NCBI GenBank assembly: GCA_002269645.1
Contig: NIVC01004774.1
Location: forward strand, 1 to 35,300
Length of the DNA stretch: 35,300 nucleotides
DNA from: Macrostomum lignano
Taxonomy: Eukaryota
Direction: 5' to 3'
The position numbers were made by a program, and so were the translations under genes. The notes below the pieces were generated by a model. That model saw only the letters and a list, made by a program, of their open reading frames with translations, had not been told where the DNA came from and searched no databases. Numbering within the stretch: the stretch's first letter is position 1; the number at the start of each line of letters is the position of its first letter. Positions 33,578 through 35,300 of the stretch are shown one piece after another.

Positions 33578-34949
33578 CAGAGGCGTCGCCATAGATTTTT
33601 ATAGTTGGAGACGGAGCCAAGAATTCTTCATGACTAAATTCCTACATTAGTTTGGGAATCAGTGTTTTTAGCACTCATTATGGCGCCGCAGGCAGACACT
33701 CATTTTGGCGCCGCAGGCAGACACTAATTTTGGTGCCGCAGGCAGACACTCATTTTGGTGCCGCAGGCAGACACTCATTTTGGTGCCGCAGGCAGACACT
33801 CATTTTGGCGCCGCAGGCAGACACTCATTTTGGTGCCGCAGGCAGACACTCATTTTGGCGCCGCAGGCAGACACTCATTTTGGTGCCGCAGGCAGACACT
33901 CATTTTGGTGCCGCAGGCAGACACTCATTTTGGCGCCGCAGGCAGACACTAATTTTGGTGCCGCAGGCAGACACTCATTTTGGCGCCGCAGGCAGACACT
34001 CATTTTGGTGCCGCAGGCAGACACTCATTTTGGCGCCGCAGGCAGACACTCATTTTGGTGCCGCAGGCAGACACTCATTTTGGCGCCGCAGGCAGACACT
34101 CATTTTGGCGCCGCAGGCAGACACTCATTTTGGTGCCGCAGGCAGACACTCATTTTGGCGCCGCAGGCAGACACTCATTTTGGTGCCGCAGGCAGACACT
34201 CATTTTGGCGCCGCAGGCAGACACTCATTTTGGCGCCGCAGGCAGACACTCATTTTGGTGCCGCAGGCAGACACTCATTTTGGTGCCGCAGGCAGACACT
34301 CATTTTGGTGCCGCAGGCAGACACTCATTTTGGTGCCGCAGGCAGACACTCATTTTGGTGCCGCAGGCAGACACTCATTTTGGTGCCGCAGGCAGACACT
34401 CATTTTGGCGCCGCAGGCAGACACTCATTTTGGTGCCGCAGGCAGACACTCATTTTGGCGCCGCAGGCAGACACTCATTTTGGTGCCGCAGGTAAGAAAC
34501 TCATTTTGGTGCCGCAGGTAAGAAACTCATTTTGGTGCCGCAGGCAGACACTCATTTTGGCGCCGCAGGCAGACACTCATTTTGGCGCCGCAGGCAGACA
34601 CTCAATTTGGTGCCGCAGGTAAGAAACTCATTTTGGTGCCGCAGGCAGATACTCATTTTGGCGCCGCAGGCAGACACTCATTTTGGCGCCGCAGGCAGAC
34701 ACTCATTTTGGTGCCGCAGCAGACACTCATTTTGGTGCCGCAGGTAAGAAACTCATTTTGGTGCCGCAGGCAGACACTCATTTTGGCGCCGAAAGCGCTA
34801 TATTTTAGGGCCCGAAGCAAAATTATTGATTTCCATAACGGGTCACAAGGTGAGGTGGGGTGACAAAGCATTGGCATGTGCCACCATAGCTTTTACTGGG
34901 AGGGGGTGGCGGGCATGTCTACCTGTTCTTCCCTGTGGCGACGCCACTG
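33578..34949 (+). mobile_element. MITE family A, copy 3 (1372 bp), containing an expanded satellite
   Basis: TIRs CAGAGGCGTCGCCA (33578) and TGGCGACGCCACTG (34949). The left subterminal CCAT…TTTTAT.GT.GG matches the reverse complement of the 21710 end of copy 1. Confidence 0.8.
33672..34790. repeat. 25-bp satellite (GGYGCCGCAGGCAGACACTCATTTT)n, about 45 copies
   Basis: Highly homogeneous tandem array, with four 26-bp GTAAGAA variant units near the 3' end. Confidence 0.97.
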
Positions 34950-35300
34950 CGAAGCAGGAAGTCAGCGACACGATGTTGCTTTTCAAGAAATCGTTTTCCT
35001 ACGACAAGCTAGTTTTGCTTATTGGTGTATTGTGAGTCTCTGCTCTTGCATCCGATATCTAAGAGTACATTCGTAGCTCTGGTTTAGTTATCTGCATGCA
35101 CTGCATACATCTATCAGATGGATCAATAATAATCATTTTATTTAAAGCTGAAGTGTAACTGTAGACAAAGTTAATAACATCTAACAGCACGAATACAGTG
35201 TGACGTTGTCAATTTAAGTAGCCCCGTCAAGGGCCATTTTTACATACGGTACCAATCTGTAATATTGTCAATTTAATGGTCCCGTACTCTCACGTCTGCT

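Noticed and set aside
33652-34877. 289-305-aa ORFs in the 25-bp satellite
   Set aside because: The satellite lacks stops in all three frames, so there is no coding signal.
33569-34958. Possible 9-bp TSD for MITE copy 3 (GCAAGGAGG vs CGAAGCAGG)
   Set aside because: Only 6 of 9 positions match, which is not distinguishable from chance.

Overview
Eukaryotic (animal) genomic DNA with spliceosomal introns. GC-rich exons with CAG/AGC runs and introns filled by minisatellites suggest a flatworm such as Macrostomum (inference only). Host genes: a 3-exon class-A GPCR (+) that has lost its activation motifs; a 2-exon GT31 beta-1,3-galactosyltransferase-like gene (+) lacking the DxD motif; an intronless FMRFamide/peptide-receptor-like GPCR (-) split by one homopolymer indel; a 2-exon orphan gene for a small MGC-acylated protein (-) that the ORF track splits; a clear 3-exon Ubc9/UBE2I (+); and a probable CCSMST1/UQCC4-like mitochondrial gene (+). 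Mobile DNA: a full-length 5.9-kb non-LTR retrotransposon (ORF1 + APE-RT-RNase H-CCHC, Loa/I-group-like, 11-bp TSD, highly structured 5' UTR); a Mutator-type MITE with a 9-bp TSD; three relatives of a CAG-ended MITE, in one of which the internal repeat has grown into a 1.1-kb satellite; a decayed Chapaev3-like transposase; and more than 12 tandem repeats. The most unusual sequence-level signal is a block of about 3.5 kb (23493-27002) of decayed TE DNA with no CpG on manual scan. It has C-to-T-type lesions and a 108-bp-arm palindrome near its middle, in an otherwise CpG-rich window. All splice models, alignments and family assignments were made by eye and need computational confirmation.
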